From: an uncultured virus (IMG/VR IMGVR_UViG_3300034106_004022)
Taxonomy: Duplodnaviria; Heunggongvirae; Uroviricota; Caudoviricetes
IMG/VR virus record: IMGVR_UViG_3300034106_004022
Location: 1-64,000 of that record
Reading direction: 5' to 3' (one strand)
DNA length: 64,000 nucleotides
Part shown: one piece after another, positions 36,001 through 43,132 of the stretch
Layout: each line of letters opens with the position of its first letter
Numbering within the stretch: position 1 is the stretch's first letter
The notes under the pieces: generated by a model
What the model was told of the DNA's origin: nothing
Seen by the model: only the letters and a program-made list of their open reading frames with translations
Databases searched by the model: none
Program-made: the position numbers and the translations under genes

Positions 36001-38794
36001 TATGAACCCCAATAGTAACACTTACTTATATGGTACATTTCAAGTAAATGGTGGACATGGGGATTCTCAAATTGGAGTTAGATTATTGTCTGGAAACAAT
36101 GGTGCTGGTGCAGGTGAAATTAATTTAAGAATGTGGGTATCTGAACCTGGTGTAACGTGGAACTGGGGTGGATTTGGATATAACGTAACTAATAATAATG
36201 GTTCACCAAACGGATTTGGTAGAATAAATACCGCACACGGACAGGCATATATGAGATTTAGTGATGGTGGTGATTTGTATTTCTATAATACAAATACATC
36301 TGGTACTAGAGTTACTAATATGGAAATGTATCCAAATAATACCGTATTATTTAACAACTACGCTACGGGTGGTAACTCATTAAGAGCACCAATATTTTAT
36401 GATTCGGATAATACGGGATACTATGGTGATTTTGCATCAACATCTCGTATAAACGCTATTAATTATGATAATTTATATTGGGCGGGAGATACGAGTTATG
36501 GTTTCATTGGTAGAAACGTATATGCTGATACTGTAAATGGTAGAGGTAGTGACCCGTTAGAATTAAACTATTATGATGGTGGTGATGTTTACATTGGACC
36601 TGGTGGTGGTAATAAAAATTTAAGAGCTAATCTTTACTATGATTATGCAAATACTGCATATTATTTAGACCCTAATGGAACTGCTAGATTATCATATGTA
36701 GTAGCAAATGGTGGTATCCGAATTGATGGAAATGAAAACCTTTACTTAGATAACAACTATGGACAATCAATTGTAGGTGTTTATACATCTGTTAGATATC
36801 AGGGTATATTTGCAATGGGTAATGCATATAAATTAGCAATTGATGGTACTGGTACTGGTAACTTATATGGATTATCTTGGTCACATCCTAATGCTGGAGG
36901 ACAAGCTGGATTCTTAAATGACCACGGTTTATTGGTAATGAACTATGGTACAACTTTTGCGGCAATATCATCACGTGGTTGGTTCAGAACTTCAGTTCAG
37001 GCACCTATATTCTATGATAATGATGATACTGGATACTATGGTAATTATGCAGGTGATAGAAGCACCAGCGTTAATGGATTTACCGCAAGAACAGTAGAAG
37101 GAACCAAAGGAACATGGAAATACAATATCCCAAGATTTATTCATACGGGCGACTCTAATTATTGGGTTGGAAGTATGGGTTGGGGTACAACTGACTTCAA
37201 CACTATGATGACATGGGGTAGTGGATTCATTGATTCTTGGTCAAACCCATCAAATCAACCATCTGGTACTTCACATTGGGTAGGTACTCAAGCATATCAC
37301 TACACCAATGCATACAATAGTGCATATGGTTGGCAGTTGGTAGGTGGTCCAATTGGAAATTTACGATTCCGTCAATCTTGGCCAAATGCTGGTACTTGGA
37401 GAACTGTACCTATGCTTGATGTGAATGATGGAAATAGTGGAGCAATGTATGCTGGAATTTATTATGATTCGGCTGATAGTGCATATTATGCAGACCCAGC
37501 ATCAACATCTCGTTTAAATATAACTAAGACTGCATTAAAAGCTCATAATGATATGAGTGGTTATGGAGAAGGAAACTGGGTTTCAGATTTCAATCGAACT
37601 CCAATAAGTTCATTTACGTTTGGTGAAGATAAATATAATGGTGGTCCATCTGGAACTTGGTGGTTCCAGGTAAATATGAGACATGCAAACTCAAGTAACT
37701 ATTGGGGAACTCAATTGGCATATGGATGGGAAGATAATGCAAATGAAATTTATCAAAGAAATATTACCGGAGGAAGTTTCAGCGGATGGGTTAGATATCT
37801 AAATTCAAACAACTATTCTGGTTATTCAAATTTCGGAACAGGTACAGTTTATGGTGGTATATATTACGATGGTAATAACTCTGGATACTATGGTGATTTT
37901 GCATCAACATCTCGTTTCAATACAACCATAACTGATACAACATACTTCGGTTCAGATACTAATAAAGGTAGAGCACAGGGATATGGTACTTGGTCAAATT
38001 CATTCCATAAAACGGCATACATGTCATTTGACTGGAACGCGAATTATGACACTTATTCAAATCATGGTATCGCATCTACTGATTTAAATGGTTCGTTTAG
38101 TGATTCGATGAGTATTAACTCATTTAATGATATCAACTTAAGATTAGATTCAAATGATAATAATGCAAACTCATATGTAAGAATACATGATAATACTACT
38201 GGCCAGTCAGTTTCCGTAGCATATATCGGACGAGAGAGTGGTAACCCTATTGCATATTTCAATAATAGAGTATATGGTAACGTATATTACCACAACAGTG
38301 ATACTGCATATTATTTGGCTCCGAATGGTACTTCCAGATTGAATAGAACAAACTATGATTATGTTTATTCTTATAACTGGGTTTACGCACAGGGTGATGT
38401 TATTGCATACTACTCTGATGAAAGATTAAAAACTAAAGTTGGTTCTATTGAAAACGCTTTAGATAAAATCTCTAAATTGAATGGATTCTATTATGTTGAA
38501 AATGATTTAGCAAAATCATTCGGATACAAAAACGAAAAAAGACAATTAGGTTTATCAGCACAAGAAGTACAAGAAGTTTTACCTGAAATTGTGACATTAG
38601 CACCATTTGATACGGAAACTGATAAAAATAATAATATTGTAGGTTCCAAATCTGGAGAAGATTACTTAACTGTAAACTACGCTAAAGTAGTTCCTCTTTT
38701 AGTTGAAGGTATTAAAGAACAAACCGAAATAATCAATTCTCAGCAAAAACAAATTGATGAATTAAAAGAAATGATTAAATCTTTGATAAAATAA
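27011..38794 (+). CDS. Giant modular tail fibre with a C-terminal peptidase S74-type intramolecular chaperone
   Basis: 3927 aa with a GTS stalk, about 18 RAPIFYDSDNT.YY-type linkers, and a C-terminal YSDERLK...ALDKI..LNG...GLSAQEVQEVLPEIV...VNYAKVVPLLVEGIKE segment plus coiled coil. Confidence 0.85.
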   Translation: MKYAGKNPNGINQVSQSLLSVDVNGVQQLTVSTASLDINTKLSVTNGVLASSYTGSAFSGSKFVGSQFSGSFSGSFSGDGSNLTKIPFEGLTADAQSKIQSGDGTARISNNKLSINVNTDITGSLLTTGTVSASFLAGDGSNITNISAASIGDINRLKSGSATATISPNKGLEVNVGIVTEKYLGVSGSAQIAGNLNVDGTTTLKSLNVAGTITATELKTTYISSSIIFSSGSNKFGDQSSDTHEFTGSLRVKDTIQIPSYTSNPVSGKVGEIYYNTSDTNIYRWTGLIWEPAAGTAGTSGTSGTSGTSGTSGTSGTSGTSGSSGSSGASGSSGSSGSSGSSGTSGTSGTSGSGGTSGSGGSSGTSGSSGTRGTSGSSGTSGTSGTSGSSGSSGSSGTSGTSGTSGTSGSSGSSGFGSSGTSGSGGTSGTSGTRGTSGSSGTSGSSGTSGSSGISGSSGTSATSGSGGTSATSGSSGSSGSSGTSGSSGSSGTSGTSGTRGTSGTSGTSGTSGISGSSGSSGSSGTSGTSGISGSSGSSGSSGSSGTSGTSGTRGTSGTSGIDGVVGDGGTSGSSGSSGSSGTSGSSGSSGTSGTSGSSGTNSTAGTGGTSGSSGSSGSSGTSGTSGTSGSSGTSGSSGSSGTSGSSGSSGTSGTSGTSGINGLIGSSGTGGTAGTGGTSGSSGSSGTSGTSGTSGTSGTSGTSGTRGTAGSGGSSGSSGSSGTSGTSGTSGSSGSSGTSGTSGSSGTSGTSGSSGTSGTRGTAGSGGSSGTSGSSGTSGSSGTSGSSGSSGTSGTSGTSGTSGTSGSSGTSGSSGVLALTGTTDNGVITLNGTAPNATVESNLRFDGTTLAVTGNATISGDLTVSGTTTYINTTTLNVGDNIITLNADIGAATAPTENAGIEVKRGNAATKQFYWNESTDRWYADSDLQSAGNLYGTQIDTGQGLTEVHLMNQNVRTSDTITFARLNLTTTGNDYYFAANGLTMTSISTGETIWRNLSSLRFTDNNDWDYNSWAGLKFINASKRIVLGVGGNVFTANSAQTGNLLLDRIDTMYLFDTTYYLNTGTSNLNSLTLAGNLVAAQVNTGQGLTEVHLMNQNVRTTDSVTFANITGNTIYVGGGTTYFINNDISRLNYINANAFAQEQGSVLKITYPNGGTLNNSTSSVTGAIKIRLPQSWTNTMMELKVRIYNYSGDTYWEYSMGGYNYSPSTSWINTNASVAGAAGAPAYTVRFAHDGTYCTIFIGELATTWSYPKIVVTEFIGGHSNFAVSQWDGDWALSFETTSFGTVTSTKTPTLRTGNFIADGTISGTSIDTGQGSTEVHLMNQNIRTTDDVTFSTIRGTNFRASNAYYLGENNFYLNLTNGGWYSNVRIASEVDMRAPIFYDTDNTAYYTNPAGLSVLSHIQLVNNWANTTPNDGAINIRGQYPSMTFRNTISNNMWLRHMDGSGDIQHYFASGVDSTSWSIRHSMFTNGRFFSAESMRTPIFYDSDNTAYYLDAASTSNINEIVSVRGQFRKAQTNNNYTTAALWTESYSTTTTGIAFHISGVVGKYLEMRTDGILYWENEKVWTGSTDGAGSGLDADLLDGQQGTYYDHRIYTSTGNIAGSFLGGHYSSGGTEKPNSATFGAGKLKVAMLSNGNLGFGGSWNDVLWMSTYNGGDVKQSYAIVGDKYGDNLWFSRQAFDSATWGTGRRLWHSGDTTISTTGDMRSPIFYDSDDTTYRIDGNSTSVLNNLNIAGTLTVNGTINLGNDFQIGDYKYFGINNLGASATQARRFEVARIGIDFNDWNSVGLFEVELSENYYDKGLRKRYIVSYGYVSAASVQLVEANGIGSNHFQVTIGSEVVVSGDHRYIPVYVDVRYYSSVDALIRTTRSITTNTNSAIGAVYINTSPSATNISDFTADSIVYPTSGQFGIAAPTFYDSDNTSYYIDPSNGANGISANLQGRIQVGTFNNSQTNTGEAWIGRASDRAAGVLTVQLGGGAGRYLEVVDNAWTTVEFSVNDSGVATAAASFRAPIFYDSNNTSYYLDPTSTTSLRTVGSWRSDSSTWDGEFSGKIQYHSNNWYFQAAGDWIWRNSGGSNVIYGNQSGELTATGNMRSPIFYDSDNTGYYTNPAGTSRMNGIAFDAASPVYSVTAGTSYQQHFQIREAGASGANGSAIAYAPSIGFHWSGVVASNITMEASGRISIRNNPGTSYENLVANNMYAYAFYDENNTGYYLDPASTSVLNAIRLGTSANNSTLSGAGDWGVRFTTDVGYIQIGPANSSYAHIYTDRGNFYMNVNDLYLNGNLVPAFGYNRGSGNLFAAIYYDANNTNYYIDGASTSNLNDLQTAGRVVIGGNFSNNAYNSVGSARLHFGGGNSDANDNYYIGTNIEGYGGSYTKLDLRWHTGIRMGAQPGYGGIRFYDTEDLGTLIFSIGTGDAHVRVTNNLYVNGYTYLGNGNADETHINDTLRVGATDSGDSHFYFGEDSSSWYGDHWYWDSGYNVYRYSRFAGTDSLIHYHDTRDTTRITYARNIVFDDFGKGIVGNYSAERLQLVFAMGDSYKPNTAGTSTANMYGIGWSHPNAGGLGGANNLNDHGLLIINNGTFRAAISSRIVASEEVRGTLFRDYNDSGYYLDPNTTGISLRIGGTVHSGGAFSSDGYSSSSPNVVTRITAPQGAAFSSDGSTGAIRIKLPFRGNNPMWTMKVRIYNYSTNQTSEYLLGNYAYDQGGYNSSATFIGGASATAHTVRFGNQDGVDCVWIGETNTGWSYPVVSVIDFTSGFRSSNADSQSRNWNIAVVTSFGTVQTAITPEIRLSNTYAPTFRADTDMRAPIYYDTNTAYYINGDGASNLNTLQTYSYQGNGNVGGTGNASWHPSGIYSAGYNWLYGGINMNGGTLDGAGPIYGTIYYDRNDSGYYADPASTSNFYNLNLTGAKHTYLTINPGNGWEAMVRYIGGSGSSWYVGKRTSTQLLGSTDAFHMYSETAGRTVGGYDTAGNHYAYGSSRATIFYDIDDTTYYMNPNSNTYLYGTFQVNGGHGDSQIGVRLLSGNNGAGAGEINLRMWVSEPGVTWNWGGFGYNVTNNNGSPNGFGRINTAHGQAYMRFSDGGDLYFYNTNTSGTRVTNMEMYPNNTVLFNNYATGGNSLRAPIFYDSDNTGYYGDFASTSRINAINYDNLYWAGDTSYGFIGRNVYADTVNGRGSDPLELNYYDGGDVYIGPGGGNKNLRANLYYDYANTAYYLDPNGTARLSYVVANGGIRIDGNENLYLDNNYGQSIVGVYTSVRYQGIFAMGNAYKLAIDGTGTGNLYGLSWSHPNAGGQAGFLNDHGLLVMNYGTTFAAISSRGWFRTSVQAPIFYDNDDTGYYGNYAGDRSTSVNGFTARTVEGTKGTWKYNIPRFIHTGDSNYWVGSMGWGTTDFNTMMTWGSGFIDSWSNPSNQPSGTSHWVGTQAYHYTNAYNSAYGWQLVGGPIGNLRFRQSWPNAGTWRTVPMLDVNDGNSGAMYAGIYYDSADSAYYADPASTSRLNITKTALKAHNDMSGYGEGNWVSDFNRTPISSFTFGEDKYNGGPSGTWWFQVNMRHANSSNYWGTQLAYGWEDNANEIYQRNITGGSFSGWVRYLNSNNYSGYSNFGTGTVYGGIYYDGNNSGYYGDFASTSRFNTTITDTTYFGSDTNKGRAQGYGTWSNSFHKTAYMSFDWNANYDTYSNHGIASTDLNGSFSDSMSINSFNDINLRLDSNDNNANSYVRIHDNTTGQSVSVAYIGRESGNPIAYFNNRVYGNVYYHNSDTAYYLAPNGTSRLNRTNYDYVYSYNWVYAQGDVIAYYSDERLKTKVGSIENALDKISKLNGFYYVENDLAKSFGYKNEKRQLGLSAQEVQEVLPEIVTLAPFDTETDKNNNIVGSKSGEDYLTVNYAKVVPLLVEGIKEQTEIINSQQKQIDELKEMIKSLIK
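27893..29458 (+). repeat. Second Gly-X-Y (GTS/GSS) low-complexity coding repeat
   Basis: About 520 codons of near-continuous G-(T/S)-S triplets. Confidence 0.9.
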
Positions 38795-38797
38795 TTG

Positions 38798-38873
38798 ATA
38801 TTTATATAAAAGAAGAAAAACTCCCAATCATACAACCAAAATTTATGTTTTGGGATTTTTCTTTATATTTATA
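38798..38873 (+). promoter_or_regulatory. Two putative late promoters (38798-38806 and 38865-38873) flanking an imperfect inverted repeat
   Basis: ATATTTATA occurs twice, with AGAAAAACTCCCAATCATA ... TATGTTTTGGGATTTTTCT between the copies. Confidence 0.55.
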
Positions 38874-38921
38874 TGTGTATTTGATATTATAATCAAACTA
38901 AACTTATTGGAGAAATAAAAT

Positions 38922-41258
38922 ATGGCAGAAAGAATTGTATCACCCGGAGTATTCACAAGAGAAAACGATTTATCGTTCTTGGCTCAGGGTATCGGAGAAA
39001 TTGGAGCAGCGTTTATAGGACCTTTCAAACAAGGACCTGCGTTTGTTCCCACAATCGTAAGAACACAATCAGAATTCGAAAACATTTTCGGAACACCTGA
39101 TGGAACATACTACACAGAGTATGCGGTTCAAAACTATTTAAGAGAAGCAGGTACTGTGACTGTTGTAAGGGTAATGGATACCGGAGGATATACACAAGCT
39201 ACACCAATTGGTTTAGTTGCTAGTGGTTCTGCTGGTAAGAAATTAATCTCTACTATTCACTCAACCAACAATGGTGATGCTGAAGTAGGATTTGGTCCAT
39301 TTACTGTAACACCATCATTAACTATATCTGGTTCATTTGTAGTTTCTGGTTCTGGTATTGGTTTTGTATCATCATCTTTAGTTCCATCGGCAACTAATGA
39401 TGTAAGTGATGTATTTGGTGAATCACCATTTGGTTCAAAAGATGGATATGTTTATTCATACTTTGAAAATGAAGCATCTGCATTTAATTACAATACAAGC
39501 AATCCTGCTGGAGCAGTTGTAGCAATTGCATTACCATCTCAAGTATTTGGTGGTACTGATTTAGGATTAGGAGCACCTTCGCAAGCTGGAGCATCTCCTG
39601 CACAAACTCCTTATGTAAAATCACAACTTATTTCTGGTGAGAGATATGAATTATTCCGTTTCCATACATTAGGATATGGTAACAACGAAAACACAAGATT
39701 TAAAATCGGTATTTCTAATGTGAAAGCAGCTGGTGAAGATGGAGCAACTGATTACTCTACATTCTCTGTATCTGTAAGAGCATACAATGATACTGATAAG
39801 AGAAAATCAGTATTAGAAACATTTAACAACGTAAACTTAGACCCTGCATCTCCTAACTTTATAGCTAGAGTAATTGGTGATAGATTTATGACAATTGATT
39901 CAACTGGTAAAATTACTGAATATGGTGATTGGTTGAATAACTCAAAATATATTAGAGTAGAAGTTAAAGAGCAAGGTTCATACCCTGTATCAGCAGCACC
40001 ATTTGGACATGGAGCTTATACTAATCCAATTGAAACAACAACAACAACACAGGCCGAATGGATACCTGCTGTTGTTTTCCAAACTGGTTCAGTAGATAAT
40101 ACTGCTGGTTCACCAATTTATTTTGCTGGTTTTGATTTCGAAACAATTGGTATTAAATTAGATAACGCTAATTATTTGGCACCATTACCAACTACTAAAA
40201 TTGGAGCAAACGTAGATTTCGGATTTGATTCTCAACTTACTTATGTAATGAGTGGTTCTGATTCAACTGATATGGCTAAGAGACAATTTATATTAGGTTT
40301 CCAAGGTGGATTTAACGGACAATCTCCGGCAACTCCAATTAACTTAGGAACGGCAATATCAGCAGCTAACTCACAGGGATTTGATTTATCAACTTCTGTA
40401 GCTAGTGGATATGAGGCATACTCTAAAGCAATCAACGCAATTTCAAACGCTGATGAATATGATATCAATATGGTTGTAACTCCGGGTGTTATTAGAAGAT
40501 TACACACTCCGGTTACTACTAAAGTAATTGATATGGTTGAAGCTAGACAAGATTGTTTCTACATCGCTGATTTTAACGCAGCACCTGATACAATAGCACA
40601 AGCTACTACTCAGGCAGCAGCAGTTGATTCAAACTACGCTGGTACTTACTACCCTTGGGTTAAGATGGTTGATTCAAACACTAACAAATTAATAAGTGTT
40701 CCACCATCAGTATTGTTACCTGCTGTGTACGCATCAAATGACGCTATTGCGGCTGAATGGTTCGCACCTGCTGGTTTGAATAGAGGAGGAATCGTAGGAG
40801 CTGTTTCAGTTCTTAATAGATTAACACATTCTGAAAGAGATACTTTATATGAAAACAAAGTAAACCCAATCGCTTCTTTCCCTGGGCAAGGTATTGTAGC
40901 ATTTGGACAAAAAACGTTGCAAGATAAAGCATCAGCATTGGATAGAATCAACGTAAGAAGATTATTGATTACCGTTAAAAAGTATATCGCATCTACTTCT
41001 AGATTCTTAGTGTTCGAACAAAATACCGCAGCAACTCGTGGTAGATTTATCAACACTGTACAACCTTACTTAGAAGGAATTCAACAAAGACAAGGTTTAT
41101 ACGCATTCAAAGTAGTTATGGATGAATCTAACAACACACCTGATGTAGTAGATAGAAACATTTTAGCAGGACAGATATTCTTACAACCAGCAAAAACTGC
41201 TGAATTTATTGTAATTGATTTCAATATCTTACCTACTGGAGCAAGTTTCTCAGCATAA
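38922..41258 (+). CDS. Tail sheath protein
   Basis: 778 aa with N-terminal SPGVFTREND and C-terminal WFAPAGLNRG, LYENKVNPI, GQKTLQ...SALDRINVRRL and P.KTAEFI motifs. Confidence 0.95.
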   Translation: MAERIVSPGVFTRENDLSFLAQGIGEIGAAFIGPFKQGPAFVPTIVRTQSEFENIFGTPDGTYYTEYAVQNYLREAGTVTVVRVMDTGGYTQATPIGLVASGSAGKKLISTIHSTNNGDAEVGFGPFTVTPSLTISGSFVVSGSGIGFVSSSLVPSATNDVSDVFGESPFGSKDGYVYSYFENEASAFNYNTSNPAGAVVAIALPSQVFGGTDLGLGAPSQAGASPAQTPYVKSQLISGERYELFRFHTLGYGNNENTRFKIGISNVKAAGEDGATDYSTFSVSVRAYNDTDKRKSVLETFNNVNLDPASPNFIARVIGDRFMTIDSTGKITEYGDWLNNSKYIRVEVKEQGSYPVSAAPFGHGAYTNPIETTTTTQAEWIPAVVFQTGSVDNTAGSPIYFAGFDFETIGIKLDNANYLAPLPTTKIGANVDFGFDSQLTYVMSGSDSTDMAKRQFILGFQGGFNGQSPATPINLGTAISAANSQGFDLSTSVASGYEAYSKAINAISNADEYDINMVVTPGVIRRLHTPVTTKVIDMVEARQDCFYIADFNAAPDTIAQATTQAAAVDSNYAGTYYPWVKMVDSNTNKLISVPPSVLLPAVYASNDAIAAEWFAPAGLNRGGIVGAVSVLNRLTHSERDTLYENKVNPIASFPGQGIVAFGQKTLQDKASALDRINVRRLLITVKKYIASTSRFLVFEQNTAATRGRFINTVQPYLEGIQQRQGLYAFKVVMDESNNTPDVVDRNILAGQIFLQPAKTAEFIVIDFNILPTGASFSA

Positions 41259-41281
41259 ATTAACAAATAAAAAAATAACTA

Positions 41282-41290
41282 ATATTTATT
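41282..41290 (+). promoter_or_regulatory. Putative late promoter variant (ATATTTATT)
   Basis: One mismatch to the recurring motif; ends 20 nt before the tube gene ATG. Confidence 0.5.
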
Positions 41291-41310
41291 AGTATAATAG
41301 GAGATAAAAC

Positions 41311-41799
41311 ATGGCAGAAGTATTAGAATTTTCACAAATGATGTTTACCAACTTCGAACCGAAGATGAAGAACCGCTATATTATGGAGATTGACGGAATT
41401 CAATCTTACTTAATAAAATCAGCGGCTAGACCATCTATCACTTTCGAACCGGTTAAACTAGACCATATCAACACTTATCGCAAATTGCAAGGTAAGGGAG
41501 AATGGCAGGACATTACAATAACATTGTATGACCCAATCGTTCCATCTGGAGCACAACAAGTAATGGAATGGGTTCGTTTAGGATATGAATCGTTAACTGG
41601 TAGAAAAGGTTACGCCGATTTCTATAAAAAGGACATCGATTTCTATATGCTAGGGCCTGTTGGTGATAAAATCGAACAATGGAAGTTAAAAGGAGCATTT
41701 ATTGTATCTGCTAACTTCGGAGATTTATCATTTGATTCAAACGATGCAGCTGATATCGAATTGACATTGGCTTATGATTACGCAATTTTAGAATTCTAA
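41311..41799 (+). CDS. Tail tube protein (T4 gp19-like)
   Basis: 162 aa after the sheath gene, with FEPK..NRY, W.DITITLYD, YKKDI, W.LKGAF and L.YDYA motifs. Confidence 0.9.
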   Translation: MAEVLEFSQMMFTNFEPKMKNRYIMEIDGIQSYLIKSAARPSITFEPVKLDHINTYRKLQGKGEWQDITITLYDPIVPSGAQQVMEWVRLGYESLTGRKGYADFYKKDIDFYMLGPVGDKIEQWKLKGAFIVSANFGDLSFDSNDAADIELTLAYDYAILEF

Positions 41800-41825
41800 A
41801 ATAAAAATCAATAATTACATTAATT

Positions 41826-41862
41826 AGAGAGGTTCTTTTATTAAGAATCTCTCTTTTTTTTT
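41826..41862 (+). terminator. Rho-independent terminator
   Basis: AGAGAGGTTCTT-ttatt-AAGAATCTCTCT forms a 12-bp stem with one G-U pair and is followed by a T run. Confidence 0.85.
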
Positions 41863-41879
41863 AATTTTTCAAAAAGTAT

Positions 41880-41888
41880 ATATTTATA
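41880..41888 (+). promoter_or_regulatory. Putative late promoter (ATATTTATA)
   Basis: Lies just after the terminator and ends 22 nt before the ATG at 41911. Confidence 0.6.
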
Positions 41889-41910
41889 TACAAACAAATA
41901 AAGGTTAATT

Positions 41911-42684
41911 ATGAGCAATACTAAATTCGATTTCCCAACGGAAATTATTGATTTACCATCAAAGGGGTTAGTGTATCCCGAAAAACACCCATTAAGAAAG
42001 GGTAACATTGAAATCAAATACATGACAGCTAGAGAAGAAGATATCCTTGCATCACAAACTTTAATTAAAAAAGGTGTGGTATTGGATAAATTATTCGAAT
42101 CTATTGTTGTTGAAGAAGGTGTTAATATCAACGATGTATTTATTGGAGATAAAAACGCAATTTTAATGGCAACAAGAGTATTAGGTTATGGGGCTGATTA
42201 TACTGTTGAAATTACTGACCCATTTACATTGGAAAAACAATCAGTAACAATTGATTTATCTAAGGTGAAAACTAAAGATGTTAATGAATCTCTATTAAAT
42301 GGTGAAAATAGATATAAATTCAAATTACCAAAATCAGGTAAAGAGTTGGTATTTAAATTACTAACACACGGTGATGAAACTGAAATTACAAAAGAAATTC
42401 AAGCATTAGAAAGATTATATAAAGGAAAGGGAGAAAAAACATTTGATGTTACTACTCGTTTGAAATATATGATACAATCTGTTGATGGAAATGAAGATAA
42501 AGGGTTTGTTACAAGCTGGATTCAAAATGGATTCCTTGCATTGGATACTAAGGCATTTAGAAAATATGTTAAGGAGTTAAGTCCGGATATGGATTTAAAA
42601 TTTGATTTCACATCAGATGTAACAGGCGAAACGGAGGCGCTAGATATCCCATTTGGGATAAACTTTTTTTACCCTACCGAGTGA
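41911..42684 (+). CDS. Tail / baseplate-hub assembly chaperone (T4 gp26-like)
   Basis: 257 aa between the tube and tape measure genes, with LPSKG..YP, MTAREEDIL and C-terminal IPFGINFFYP motifs. Confidence 0.75.
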   Translation: MSNTKFDFPTEIIDLPSKGLVYPEKHPLRKGNIEIKYMTAREEDILASQTLIKKGVVLDKLFESIVVEEGVNINDVFIGDKNAILMATRVLGYGADYTVEITDPFTLEKQSVTIDLSKVKTKDVNESLLNGENRYKFKLPKSGKELVFKLLTHGDETEITKEIQALERLYKGKGEKTFDVTTRLKYMIQSVDGNEDKGFVTSWIQNGFLALDTKAFRKYVKELSPDMDLKFDFTSDVTGETEALDIPFGINFFYPTE

Positions 42685-42877
42685 TTATAGTATTCAACTC
42701 CATACTCAAATTTGGGAGTTGGTTAATTATGGTAATGGATTCAGCTGGAATGATGTGTATTTCATGCCATCACAATGGAGAAAATTCTATTTTAACAAAT
42801 TAATTGAGTTAAAAAAGAAAGAATCCGAAGAACATAAAAAAGCACAACAACAATCGAAAGTGAGGATTAAAAGATAA
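42662..42877 (+). CDS. Startless ORF, probable frameshift extension of the chaperone (T4 gp51-like)
   Basis: The +1 frame is open from just after TAA 42659-61 to TAA 42875-77 and reads TFFTLPSDYSIQLHTQIWELVNYGNGFSWNDVYFMPSQWRKFYFNKLIELKKKESEEHKKAQQQSKVRIKR. It overlaps a T7 run at 42664-42670. Confidence 0.7.
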   Translation, partial: TFFTLPSDYSIQLHTQIWELVNYGNGFSWNDVYFMPSQWRKFYFNKLIELKKKESEEHKKAQQQSKVRIKR

Positions 42878-42892
42878 TCCTCACTTTTTTTT
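42860..42892 (+). terminator. Rho-independent terminator
   Basis: GTGAGGATTA-aaaga-TAATCCTCAC forms a perfect 10-bp stem followed by T8. Confidence 0.85.
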
Positions 42893-42898
42893 ATCTTT

Positions 42899-42907
42899 AT
42901 ATTTATA
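42899..42907 (+). promoter_or_regulatory. Putative late promoter (ATATTTATA)
   Basis: Lies directly after the terminator and ends 24 nt before the ATG at 42932. Confidence 0.6.
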
Positions 42908-42931
42908 GGAGTACGAATAACATAAATTATT

Positions 42932-43126
42932 ATGGGAAAGAAAAATTTAAACGAAGGTTCAATTGTTGGATTCATAAATCGTTTTTTAGATGACCTTCAA
43001 AAGGGTACTCAAGACAGGTTTATACAACAAGCCAAAAAGAAAGGAGTTCCTACTCACGTTACTGCCAGATTAACAACCATTGAAAAAGAAATCAAAGAGT
43101 TAGAGAAAATTCTTAAGGATTTATAA
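42932..43126 (+). CDS. Small hypothetical helical protein
   Basis: 64 aa filling the gap before the tape measure gene; has its own upstream motif and a coiled-coil-like C-terminus. Confidence 0.6.
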   Translation: MGKKNLNEGSIVGFINRFLDDLQKGTQDRFIQQAKKKGVPTHVTARLTTIEKEIKELEKILKDL

Positions 43127-43132
43127 TAAATT

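Noticed and set aside
42663..42803. Canonical -1 frameshift product of the chaperone
   Set aside because: The -1 frame gives a shorter, less protein-like peptide (FLPYRVIIVFNS...ILTN*), while the +1 frame looks like a gp51-type sequence and ends at the terminator.
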